Virus record (IMG/VR): IMGVR_UViG_3300038466_000014 | Source of the DNA: a virus | Reading direction: 5' to 3' (one strand) | Length of the DNA stretch: 64,000 bases | Notes under the pieces: generated by a model | Told to the model about the DNA's origin: nothing | The model's database searches: none | The model's input: only the letters and a program-made list of their open reading frames with translations | Made by a program: the position numbers and the translations under genes | In this document: one piece after another, positions 1 to 8,709 of the stretch | Position numbering within the stretch: position 1 is the first letter of the stretch | Layout: every line of letters starts with the position of its first letter

Positions 1-867
1 CCTATACGAAACAGAATATACCTGTCCTCCGGATGGGTGCCATAATTTACAATCCACTCCATTAATAAGAGGTATAACCGCCTCATCAAATCCAACAAAT
101 TTAATATCCGGTCTTTTATTGACTATTGATCTGATAATGTTAATACCACCACCCTTGGATAAAAAAGAATAATCATGATTTCCGCCAAGCATGTACCACT
201 CAAATCCTACCGGAAGATTCTTTAAAACAGTTTCTTCCTGCTCCTTGGCGGTATAACAATAAACATCCAATTCCTGACCAGTATAAACTTTATATCCGGA
301 AACAATATCTCCCGGCACAAGAATATGTTTAATCCCTTTAGTAGAACATATATGACAAAATTCATTCAACGCGGTTATCTGACAAGCCTTGGAACCAAAG
401 TGCATATCCGATACTACAGCAAAAGAAAGTTCTTTTTCCTCAAGTGAACGCTCAAAAGTATATTTCTCATTAGACACACTTTCAGAAATAGACACAATAT
501 TATTATCGACTACAATTTCATATCCAATTTTACGTAAAACATCTATCTGAGACATAATACTATTAGGAGACATTTTTGCTTCATCACATAAATCGAATAG
601 TCTAACTACTTTACGGTCTTTTAGATATTCCATTAGATCAAATGATTTCGGCAGCTTAGGCGATATTTTAGCTTTTACTCTTAATCTTTCATTATGTTTC
701 CATTTTACATTTCTAACGTATTTTCTAAATACTTCGATGGGTTTGGAATATTCAAATTCCGAGATAGCATAATCATACATATTTTTTATGTTTAAACTAC
801 TAATGTCCCCATCTACCCTCTCGATGTGAGCCAATATATACCCGGTAAGATTTTTATACTCTGACAA
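1..867 (-). CDS. Calcineurin-like metallophosphoesterase (runs off window edge)
   Basis: Manual translation from TTG at 867, after a GGGGAG SD, gives VVSDMHFG, PGDIV, LGGNHD and LWHPSGG. Absent from the ORF track because it is open at the edge. Confidence 0.8.
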   Translation of the reverse strand, partial: MSEYKNLTGYILAHIERVDGDISSLNIKNMYDYAISEFEYSKPIEVFRKYVRNVKWKHNERLRVKAKISPKLPKSFDLMEYLKDRKVVRLFDLCDEAKMSPNSIMSQIDVLRKIGYEIVVDNNIVSISESVSNEKYTFERSLEEKELSFAVVSDMHFGSKACQITALNEFCHICSTKGIKHILVPGDIVSGYKVYTGQELDVYCYTAKEQEETVLKNLPVGFEWYMLGGNHDYSFLSKGGGINIIRSIVNKRPDIKFVGFDEAVIPLINGVDCKLWHPSGGQVYSVSYR

Positions 868-945
868 AATGTTTCTCCCCGGTAAAAGTTGAATTGGGTC
901 AGATATACAAATGAAAATGTTTATTTTATAATAACATCCTTGTGT

Positions 946-960
946 TTTAAAATTTGTCCT
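946..960 (-). promoter_or_regulatory. Motif A AGGACAAATTTTAAA (putative phage promoter)
   Basis: Exact 15-mer found 7 times, always intergenic and pointing at a gene start. Confidence 0.65.
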
Positions 961-1190
961 CTTGGATTTTAAACAAAAATCAACAAAAAAGAAGGTTTAG
1001 CGCAAGGGGAGACCGTAGTCCCCCATTTACTTGTTTTGATATATACTAATCTTTATGAAAGGAAAACAGAAATCTTCCGCCATAAACATAAGCTCCGTTT
1101 TCATCAATGGCATACCATGTATGGTAAAATATGCCCGGCGATTCACATAAATTAAATGACGATAAAAATTTACAGGTTGACCATAGATGT

Positions 1191-1229
1191 CGGGGTAGTA
1201 TATCCAAAGCCTCGGAATATACTACCCCG
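1191..1229. terminator. Long hairpin downstream of ORF 1235-1657
   Basis: 13-bp inverted repeat CGGGGTAGTATAT...ATATACTACCCCG with no clear U-tract. Confidence 0.4.
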
Positions 1230-1234
1230 TTAGC

Positions 1235-1657
1235 TCAAGGAAGCAGGGAGCGAACACGTTCGCTCCTCGCTTTTCCTGATTTCAACCGTCCCCAGCATCG
1301 CTTGCTGGGGAGTCGGTCGGTTGTGACAATTATTTCACCATTAGCAAGATCGAGCATCCCGGGAACCGGGTACTCGACCTTAACCCAGTGTCTGCCAGCT
1401 GTCCGGAGACGAATATCTCCGGGCCTCGCAAACCACTGCGAGCCATAAGAACATATCCCGAATGCCACGAACGTTTGTACTCCCGACTCGGCGAAAATGA
1501 CCCTATAGCAATCGGGGTCATCCTGTCTTTCCCGCCCTTCCTTCAGGGCACGTAAATCACTCAACAGATTGTCCATGCACCCCCATCCAAACGTCCCGGA
1601 TAGGGCCTCCATAATTTCAATTGTCGAATCCAGATTATACATCGTTACCCCTTTCAA
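1235..1657 (-). CDS. Hypothetical protein (GC-richer than flanks)
   Basis: 140-aa ORF downstream of a motif B copy. Confidence 0.6.
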   Translation of the reverse strand: MKGVTMYNLDSTIEIMEALSGTFGWGCMDNLLSDLRALKEGRERQDDPDCYRVIFAESGVQTFVAFGICSYGSQWFARPGDIRLRTAGRHWVKVEYPVPGMLDLANGEIIVTTDRLPSKRCWGRLKSGKARSERVRSLLP

Positions 1658-1720
1658 TCCTCAATACCGCAACTATCCCGGACCAATTCCAGAACATTAG
1701 CGATATTGTTATTTGTTATT

Positions 1721-1734
1721 ATTTAATATATATA
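1721..1734 (-). promoter_or_regulatory. Motif B TATATATATTAAAT (putative promoter)
   Basis: Exact 14-mer at 7 intergenic sites upstream of genes. Confidence 0.55.
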
Positions 1735-1738
1735 ATAA

Positions 1739-4315
1739 CTATTCATTTTCTACATTTTCATCCAATGTTAAATCAATTCCTTTATCGATCAGCCAGTCTC
1801 CCATCTGAATGAATATAGAATCGGTATCTGTATACAAAAGATACTTTATTAATTTCTCTTTATACCCTTCGGCAAATTCAGGATCAAAGTTTATCTCATT
1901 TGTCTTCATATACTCAGAAACATGATATCCGAGAAACTTAATTACTTCCTGTCCGGTAAGAGTAATAGACATTGCCAAATCATAGTTAAAGAATCTGAAT
2001 CCGGAATTTGCCAATACTCCATATAGGGCATTAGCCAAAATTTTATAAGCTGTTTGAATATTGTTATAATATTTCTCTTGTTCTTTCTCTTTACTTTTAA
2101 CATATACCTTCATCATATCTTTATATGTAGTACGCGAATCCATCAGATATTTCAGAATACTGTAAAGAAATGATAGCTCCTCATCATGACCTTTATATAT
2201 ACATCCGTTTATGGTTATAATATAATTATTGTCTATAATCCATTTTTCAAATTCATTATATGTAAATTGTTTTTCAATCATATTGTATAAAGGATCTAAA
2301 TATACTATAAAGTTATCTTTGTATCTGGATTGAATTTTATGTATAAAGTAATATGCCACATCTGTATCTACTTTCGCTACAAATGTATTTGGGCCTATGT
2401 TACAGCTTCTGACAATAGACGGATATAGAGACGTAAAGTCAAAGTCTATAACCCATTTATGAATTCCTGGTATTGGTTTTCTCACCACTGCTCCAGGAAT
2501 CTTAAACTTTTCTCCGATCTTAGGTCTGTTTCTGCATACACAATTTGAATTTTTGGCGTAAGACAACACCAGAGGATCCAGCAATCCAGTAGTGGTTTCT
2601 GCGGATCCCCAAGATGACGCGCAAATACGAATCAATTCATATTGTAACGATATATGTCCAAGTTTCTTGTCCAGTTCGTATAGAAGATCTGTATCGGTCT
2701 GCGAGTATTCCACGAACTTATGTATATCCTGTTCATATACGTGATCCAAGGTTCCTTCATAGGCAACTTTATCTTTTGATATATTTACTTTGGCTATGTG
2801 GGATAATTTATATGTGGGTTCTTTTCCCTGAGCAAATTTCTTATATAAAAACATCATATCCGGTATAGCTATTCCCGCTATATATGCCTTTTTAATATTG
2901 TTTATATCAAAACTCGCTCTTCCGACAGGAGAAATCTCGTTGAATGATATATGATTCTTTCGCATCCGCATAAACAAGGTTGGTATATCGAATGTAGATG
3001 TATTCCATCCTGTCAATATATCGGGCAATTCCGATTTCAATACTTTTATAAAATATAATATTAATTCTTTTTCAGTATCGAAAATTTTAACATCTTTATT
3101 ATCTAAAGATACCCCTGAATTTTTTATAACCCCTATGTCGTATATCAGCACCTGTGTAGGAGTATCTCCCATTTTATAAGATATGGCGTTTATCGGCGCA
3201 AGAGCGGTTTCCGGTCTGGGAAATGATTTTTTATGATCGTTCCACACCTCCATATCCCAATACATAGTCTTAAGATTGTAATTCTTTTCTGATAAATTTC
3301 TGAGAGTTTTCTGATAAAAATAGTCTATGGAATGTCTAAGATTTTTTTGCACATCGAATTCATATACTCCTACCTCATCACTTGGTTTTGTATCGAACCG
3401 GACAACGGCGTTTTCAACTTTTTCGACAATATCTGAAAAATCGAATGGTTTCTTTCCCTCGTAAAAATATCCATGATCACTCGATAATAAGTAAAACTTT
3501 TTTTCTTTTGTTTTAGCATTAACAAATGTGAAACAAATCTCTCTGGTCGCCTTTAAATTTTGACAGTCAATATATATCATATCGGGATCAAACATCCATT
3601 CCGGATAATTGAAATAAGTTATTGAATTATTTACTATAGAGTCCGGGGATTTATATTGCATTATATATTTAACGGCACTCTTAAAATCATTTAGAAATGA
3701 TTGATAGTCCTTTGTAAGTTTGCCATCAGTAGTTCTTATACCGCCATTTCGTTTCACGTAGGATGGGTGTGTCGTAATCATCACATCTCTTCCTTCAAAC
3801 TTATGGATCGTCCCCCCTTCCTGTGTTATCTTTTTAACGGATATACCAAGGGCTTTTGCTGAAGAATTACCCATGGCTAAAATCAATTTAGGATTGGTTA
3901 TTTTTATAATCTCAAGAAGATTGTTTCTGCAAAATGTATACGCCTCCTCTGGAGGATTTGCAGTGATCCATTTTTTTCCTTTTTTAGATAAGTTCGAACA
4001 TAAACATACATTGGATATGAATAGATTCAATTTACTCATTCCTGATTCAGTTTCCGCCGATCTGTATATGCTTCCGGCTCCTCCGATCAAAGGTCTTCCG
4101 GATTGCACTTCCTCATAGGCTGGAGCTTCTCCAAGGACCAGAATGTCTATATCTCTAATATACTCTCTATTACATTCTCCAGGAACTATCGGTTGTTTAT
4201 ATAAAGGACAATCGAAACAATTGGTAAATGGGGACTTCGGATTACTAATATTTCCCTCCTTTATAAAACAATTAAAATTTGAAAATCCTGTCAGATCTTG
4301 GCACCAGTCCAACAT
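1739..4315 (-). CDS. polB: Family B DNA polymerase, N-terminal subunit, fused to family-4 uracil-DNA glycosylase (UDG-exo-palm/fingers)
   Basis: UDG motifs CFDC, GEAP, SNVCLC, HPS. Exo motifs WDMEV, GWN..FD, YSQTD. Pol motifs DFTSLYPS, KILANALYG, YTDTDS. Stops about 25 aa after motif C. Confidence 0.92.
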   Translation of the reverse strand: MLDWCQDLTGFSNFNCFIKEGNISNPKSPFTNCFDCPLYKQPIVPGECNREYIRDIDILVLGEAPAYEEVQSGRPLIGGAGSIYRSAETESGMSKLNLFISNVCLCSNLSKKGKKWITANPPEEAYTFCRNNLLEIIKITNPKLILAMGNSSAKALGISVKKITQEGGTIHKFEGRDVMITTHPSYVKRNGGIRTTDGKLTKDYQSFLNDFKSAVKYIMQYKSPDSIVNNSITYFNYPEWMFDPDMIYIDCQNLKATREICFTFVNAKTKEKKFYLLSSDHGYFYEGKKPFDFSDIVEKVENAVVRFDTKPSDEVGVYEFDVQKNLRHSIDYFYQKTLRNLSEKNYNLKTMYWDMEVWNDHKKSFPRPETALAPINAISYKMGDTPTQVLIYDIGVIKNSGVSLDNKDVKIFDTEKELILYFIKVLKSELPDILTGWNTSTFDIPTLFMRMRKNHISFNEISPVGRASFDINNIKKAYIAGIAIPDMMFLYKKFAQGKEPTYKLSHIAKVNISKDKVAYEGTLDHVYEQDIHKFVEYSQTDTDLLYELDKKLGHISLQYELIRICASSWGSAETTTGLLDPLVLSYAKNSNCVCRNRPKIGEKFKIPGAVVRKPIPGIHKWVIDFDFTSLYPSIVRSCNIGPNTFVAKVDTDVAYYFIHKIQSRYKDNFIVYLDPLYNMIEKQFTYNEFEKWIIDNNYIITINGCIYKGHDEELSFLYSILKYLMDSRTTYKDMMKVYVKSKEKEQEKYYNNIQTAYKILANALYGVLANSGFRFFNYDLAMSITLTGQEVIKFLGYHVSEYMKTNEINFDPEFAEGYKEKLIKYLLYTDTDSIFIQMGDWLIDKGIDLTLDENVENE

Positions 4316-5060
4316 CCTCAGACAGCGGTTTTAAGAAATTGGATATACGTATATCCCAGGAAAATTCAATCATCTTATCAATATCTATTATGTAATAACT
4401 CGGAAGAAATTCCTCTTCGTATGGCATAGCAATAGCATTTCCAATTTTAATTCCTTCATCTATTAATTTCTTAATCCTGTCAGGAGATTTCATATAGTTA
4501 ATACCCTCAATATTAAACATATATCCTTTAGTACCTTGTTCGAAATATGGATATTCCAGTTTATTCCATAATTTCATACTTCTAATATGCATCGTCTGTG
4601 TTTTGTACTCATCATCATTTTTATTAAAATGGACAGGACGGGCAGCCTTCTTACTTCCTTCCAAAATACCAGTGATAAGTATTTCACGAGAGTCTGTTAT
4701 GAATTTAGCAATCTTTTTAAAATCTATATAGTATTCTCTAACAAGCATATCGAGTAACATAGACAATCTTTCTTTAGTAAATTCGGGATAATCCGATCTC
4801 CTAACCTCAATACCTTTATTCTCCATTTTATCCACAGGATCTTTTTCTTTATTTATGATGTGCAACGAATATTTCTTTCCCACTCCTGGGAAATATCCGG
4901 TATCTGCGACTAATTCCTGTTTGGCGTCAAAAAGATTGAACTTATCTTTGATATTATGTTTTCTGCCAAACTCCAGCGCTATAGGTACAATCGCGTTGGC
5001 TTTTATATTTTCAGCCTCTTTTAAAATAAGCGCAACGAGGTCTTCTTTTTTGATGCTCAT
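4272..5060 (-). CDS. polB: Family B DNA polymerase, C-terminal subunit (palm end and thumb)
   Basis: KQELVAD..GKKYS and KGIEVRRSDYPEFTK are the PolB motifs that follow motif C and are missing from 1739-4315. Confidence 0.85.
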   Translation of the reverse strand: MSIKKEDLVALILKEAENIKANAIVPIALEFGRKHNIKDKFNLFDAKQELVADTGYFPGVGKKYSLHIINKEKDPVDKMENKGIEVRRSDYPEFTKERLSMLLDMLVREYYIDFKKIAKFITDSREILITGILEGSKKAARPVHFNKNDDEYKTQTMHIRSMKLWNKLEYPYFEQGTKGYMFNIEGINYMKSPDRIKKLIDEGIKIGNAIAMPYEEEFLPSYYIIDIDKMIEFSWDIRISNFLKPLSEDVGLVPRSDRIFKF

Positions 5061-5200
5061 CGGGCACCGCCCGATGATTCCAGTTGAACCGCCTTTTCGG
5101 AACTCTGGTTTGGCGGACCACCAATAGACCGCACGGCTGAAACACTGTGTCCAACCGTTTGCTCATAGAGAAACCACCCATTGGCAGAAACATTAAAGGC
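5050..5200 (-). ncRNA. Predicted TnpB omegaRNA (right-end RNA); 5' limit approximate
   Basis: Inferred from established IS605 biology: the scaffold overlaps the tnpB 3' end and right end. The guide would be the flank AAAAGAAGACCTCGTTGCG. Confidence 0.5.
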
Positions 5201-6049
5201 CGCGTTTGAGTCTCTATGGTCAAAGTGAGAACATGAACATTTGTAGTTCTTTCCGTTTGGTTTGTTGATACTTCCGCACCTTGAGCAAACCTGACTTGTA
5301 TAAGCAGGATTTACGAAGAAGATTGGTATGCCAAGCAAAGATGCTTTGTATTTGATAAAGGTTTCCAAAGCAAAACGATGTGATTTGGCATAGTCAACAA
5401 CGGAACGACTCACTTTATGATTGATATCTTTAACTCTGTTTGACTGTTTACTTCTGATTTTCTTTAAAGCATCTTTAGCACCTTTCTTTTGTAAGTTCTT
5501 TCTTCTATTGCGGAAACTTTTAGTTATTCCAGACACATCTGGACCTAACTTCCTAACCTTTCCAGACATAACATCCGCACAAACCACAACATTCTCCACA
5601 CTGTTTCTATCAACTCCAAGAAATCCTTGAATTTTCTGTTCTTGTAAAACAGGAGTGTTGTAAGAGTAGGATATAAACCATTGCCCATTTCTTTTGAAAA
5701 ACTCTGCCTGTCTAATAAAACCAGAAATGGTTTTAGGAAATACAACAGGCAAAATAGATTTTTTGAAGAAGGCTGGGATTCGAATACCACCATCTACAAT
5801 CTTTACTTGTTTTCCTTTATCACCGCAAACAGGTAAAACAAGATTTTTGACCTGCTTGATCTTTTTGTTTCTCTGATATTTAGAAATAAGACTTTTAGCA
5901 AGAACACAAGGTATCTCTTTGTAATATTTAGAAGAAGATTTAGTTCTGTCTTCTATCATTCTGTTTACACAAACAGAAGCTTTTTGGTATAACTCGTCCA
6001 AAATAGGAGTAAGATTGTGAGGTATAACGACCTTAAAAGTAAGACACAT
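5057..6049 (-). CDS. tnpB: TnpB RNA-guided nuclease homologue, probably inactive
   Basis: RuvC-I GVDRN, Zn finger TSQVCSRCG..CSC and RuvC-III HRDSNAAFN present. The RuvC-II (IVLEDL-type) segment is not seen between AKSHR and LETFIKYKA. Likely start ATG 6049; frame is open to 6127. Confidence 0.88.
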   Translation of the reverse strand: MCLTFKVVIPHNLTPILDELYQKASVCVNRMIEDRTKSSSKYYKEIPCVLAKSLISKYQRNKKIKQVKNLVLPVCGDKGKQVKIVDGGIRIPAFFKKSILPVVFPKTISGFIRQAEFFKRNGQWFISYSYNTPVLQEQKIQGFLGVDRNSVENVVVCADVMSGKVRKLGPDVSGITKSFRNRRKNLQKKGAKDALKKIRSKQSNRVKDINHKVSRSVVDYAKSHRFALETFIKYKASLLGIPIFFVNPAYTSQVCSRCGSINKPNGKNYKCSCSHFDHRDSNAAFNVSANGWFLYEQTVGHSVSAVRSIGGPPNQSSEKAVQLESSGGAR

Positions 6050-6415
6050 TGTAAGTTCTTTCTCGTATACCATGTTGTGTTTGTAACCAAGTTTCGCTAT
6101 AAAATTTTCCATCAACACATTCTCCAAGATTTGATTTTAACTCTTCCAGAAATGGCTAAACAAATGTCTGTAAATATTTCTGAAATAAACGGTGAAGAAG
6201 ACCACATACATTTTCTTTTGGAAACAACACCACAAGACAATCTTGGTGGTGTTATAGGGGCACTAAAAGCACGGTCTTCTTCGTATCTACACGACAAATA
6301 TATCTTTCCATATTTGGGAAAACATTCCAGAACTCTTTGGTCTTCTGGGTATTTTATAGTATCCACTGGCGGTGCTCCTTTAGATGTTATTAAAAAGTAT
6401 ATCCAAAACCAATAA
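6017..6415 (+). CDS. tnpA: IS200/IS605 Y1 HUH transposase
   Basis: YHVVFVTKFR, HUH motif DHIHFL, LWSSGYF and catalytic YIQNQ. AGGAG SD before the GTG start. Confidence 0.93.
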   Translation: MRYNDLKSKTHCKFFLVYHVVFVTKFRYKIFHQHILQDLILTLPEMAKQMSVNISEINGEEDHIHFLLETTPQDNLGGVIGALKARSSSYLHDKYIFPYLGKHSRTLWSSGYFIVSTGGAPLDVIKKYIQNQ

Positions 6416-6488
6416 TAAGTATTAAATCCTACTTGTCAAGAGCCTAACCCCGAACACCGTTCGGGGATTGCGGCTCTAATACTGTTGA

Positions 6489-7154
6489 TTACACCTCCGT
6501 ACCAACCAATAGCTCCAGGTCTATATCACTATGATCCGAAAAAAATCTATCATTATCAACTTTTATATTTTTATTAAATAATTTCAAATAGTTTAACATT
6601 GACATAAGATCATCTTTATTATCTTCTTTCTCTATAATATCATTCACCGCCTCTAAAGCCAAATATTCTTTCCCGGATAATTTTTGTAGTTCGGATAGTT
6701 CCTTCTTAGAAATCTTTTTCTTTTTGTACTCGTTTAACTCCAAGTATTCCATCACCCCTGAATCGTTTTCTTCTTCTATTTTTTTAATCAATAGCTGTAA
6801 TTCGTATTTTTTTAGTAGTGGAAACTTCTGATGTAGATGTTGGATTTTCTCATCCACAGACGTAAATTTGAAAAACGATAAATCTTCTTTCTTTATATTA
6901 TAATACCGAATAAATTTCTTAAAGTATAAGAAAAATTCTGTATCATCTAATTTAAAAATATTATAATCGTTAAAATAATCATTTATAAAATCTGTTATAT
7001 TATCCATATAACCAAACATTGCTATAACAGATCTTTTTGATATTTGTTTTTGGATAACTGGATCGAGTGGAACATTTATAGGCTGATATAATAACCAATA
7101 TTTGAATTTAGCATATGGAGAATACTGTTTACCGCGTTCTTCTCCACCACTCAT
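6489..7154 (-). CDS. Hypothetical protein
   Basis: 221-aa ORF in the operon upstream of the polymerase genes. Confidence 0.7.
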   Translation of the reverse strand: MSGGEERGKQYSPYAKFKYWLLYQPINVPLDPVIQKQISKRSVIAMFGYMDNITDFINDYFNDYNIFKLDDTEFFLYFKKFIRYYNIKKEDLSFFKFTSVDEKIQHLHQKFPLLKKYELQLLIKKIEEENDSGVMEYLELNEYKKKKISKKELSELQKLSGKEYLALEAVNDIIEKEDNKDDLMSMLNYLKLFNKNIKVDNDRFFSDHSDIDLELLVGTEV

Positions 7155-7155
7155 G

Positions 7156-7446
7156 CTATTCTATGTTTTCTATTTTTTTCTTCGCGTTTTTATAAATCGC
7201 ACAAATCTTTTTATCGTTGTTAATAGATATCTTTCTAAAATCTCTCATCATTGTAGCTATAAGCATGGATGCTCTCCGGCTCCTTCTCGCTGTAGATCTG
7301 ACGGTTTTTCCAACCTCAGCAAGCCGTATAAAATCATTGAATGTTTTCTTTATAGATTCGAGATATTCCGAATATGACTCTGTGGAATTTATTAACTCAT
7401 CACAATCGTCCTGATGTAAAACATAATTCTCTTCATTGATGCTCAT
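7156..7446 (-). CDS. Histone H1-like (Hc1-type) DNA-binding protein
   Basis: AEVGKTVRSTARRSRRASMLIATMMRDFRKISI resembles the basic Hc1-family helix. Confidence 0.5.
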   Translation of the reverse strand: MSINEENYVLHQDDCDELINSTESYSEYLESIKKTFNDFIRLAEVGKTVRSTARRSRRASMLIATMMRDFRKISINNDKKICAIYKNAKKKIENIE

Positions 7447-7449
7447 GTC

Positions 7450-8709
7450 TTATTTCTCTCCTGCCATTAATGTTTTGAATTTTTTTACAACTTCATCGGT
7501 ATTTATCGAGTTCATACAATTAGGAGTATTATCCAAAGCCCTGACCATTTTACACTGTGTAATTCGATCGTCGTGTAGGAAACAAGGATACTTGTCGCAT
7601 TTTAGAATGTTTTTATCGGGTTGTACCCATTCGGAATTTTTGTAATATTTTACCCGCGTATCTCCAGTAAAGGGTCCATATAATGTAAGTGTGGGTTTCC
7701 CAAACGCCGCTCCAATATGACTGAAAGACGAATCGAGTCCTACCACCCCATGACATTTGGAAAGAACATAACATGCGTGCGCTATCGTTTCCGAACTCGA
7801 AGACGCATTGGTTATTCTTCCAGGAGAGTCCTTAAAATACGCAGCTATAAATTTATCATAATATGTACTTCTTTCCGGTCTATCCAATATAACAAAATTA
7901 AAATCGGTTTCTTTAATAAGCTGTTCTATAAGCAATCTCCAAAATTCCATAGACGCCGTTCTCAACATAGAAGATGTTGACATCTGCAATATAATAGTGT
8001 TTTCCGGAAGACGTACAAAATATTTTTGTTCAAATCCTTTAACGAACGATGTATTTGTCGTAAGCTCAGGACACCACATCTGTTTGGTCATGTCTATATT
8101 TAATCCGGCGGTCTTGTTCATCAGATCATAAGCATTTACACGTTCAGCTTCTTTACACGACTCTATAACCCCATCGAACATCAGATGATAATTAGCCATA
8201 AACATGGCTTTTTGGTCGAATGGGATAGGAATAACTCTGTCGATCAACCCCTCTGGATAGAAATAAAACAAATCCATGTTTTTTGGAGCAGTAGCAAACA
8301 AAATTTTACAGGTCGGATATTTTGCCTTTAAGTATTTAATCATAGGTTGTATGAAAATAAGATCTCCAATACCACCCGTTCGTGAAATGAGCAGTGTTTT
8401 GTTATTTAGATCTTGTCCATAGTATCTTCTGAACTGGGATTTAAAAGTTGTTTTGTGCGGTTTAAGTATTACCCTTCTGGTAGTCTTTGCCCGTTCCGCA
8501 TCGGCAAACATATATATCGGCATGGTAATAATCTGGTCTCTGGTTATTTTGAATTTTTGACCGCCCACATCCATTACCGCATTCTCAAGGACTTTCGCGT
8601 TGATGTACTTTGGTGTTTCCTTAATTATATCATCTACGGTCTCATAAATATCTTTTCGATTTATAAGTTCACCTACCCCAAGCTTTCTAAGTTTTGTTTT
8701 GGACTGCAT
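7450..8709 (-). CDS. Glycosyltransferase family 9 (heptosyltransferase-like, GT-B)
   Basis: RTGGIGDL and GLDSSFSHIGAAFGKPTLTLYGP signatures. Confidence 0.85.
   Translation of the reverse strand: MQSKTKLRKLGVGELINRKDIYETVDDIIKETPKYINAKVLENAVMDVGGQKFKITRDQIITMPIYMFADAERAKTTRRVILKPHKTTFKSQFRRYYGQDLNNKTLLISRTGGIGDLIFIQPMIKYLKAKYPTCKILFATAPKNMDLFYFYPEGLIDRVIPIPFDQKAMFMANYHLMFDGVIESCKEAERVNAYDLMNKTAGLNIDMTKQMWCPELTTNTSFVKGFEQKYFVRLPENTIILQMSTSSMLRTASMEFWRLLIEQLIKETDFNFVILDRPERSTYYDKFIAAYFKDSPGRITNASSSSETIAHACYVLSKCHGVVGLDSSFSHIGAAFGKPTLTLYGPFTGDTRVKYYKNSEWVQPDKNILKCDKYPCFLHDDRITQCKMVRALDNTPNCMNSINTDEVVKKFKTLMAGEK

Larger units (their letters stand above)
5050..6484 (-). mobile_element. IS200/IS605-family insertion sequence (divergent tnpA/tnpB)
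   Basis: Right end GAAT-CATCGGGC/GCCCGATG hairpin-AGCA-TCAA ends at 5050. Left end CAGTATTAGAGCCGCAAT plus CCCCGAACGGTGTTCGGGG hairpin starts at 6484. Both ends recur at 19365-19511. Confidence 0.9.

Noticed and set aside
1739-5060. Intein, intron or sequencing frameshift as the cause of the polymerase split
   Set aside because: No intein or intron signatures are seen, and the C-terminal part lies upstream of the N-terminal part.
5050-6484. IStron (group I intron-IS hybrid)
   Set aside because: Only about 70 nt lie between tnpA and the left end, leaving no room for an intron core.
7436-7446. ATGAGCATCAA at the start of ORF 7156-7446, identical to the last 11 nt of the IS right end
   Set aside because: No hairpin, GAAT guide or left end nearby. 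An 11-mer match is plausible by chance, though a relic cannot be excluded.
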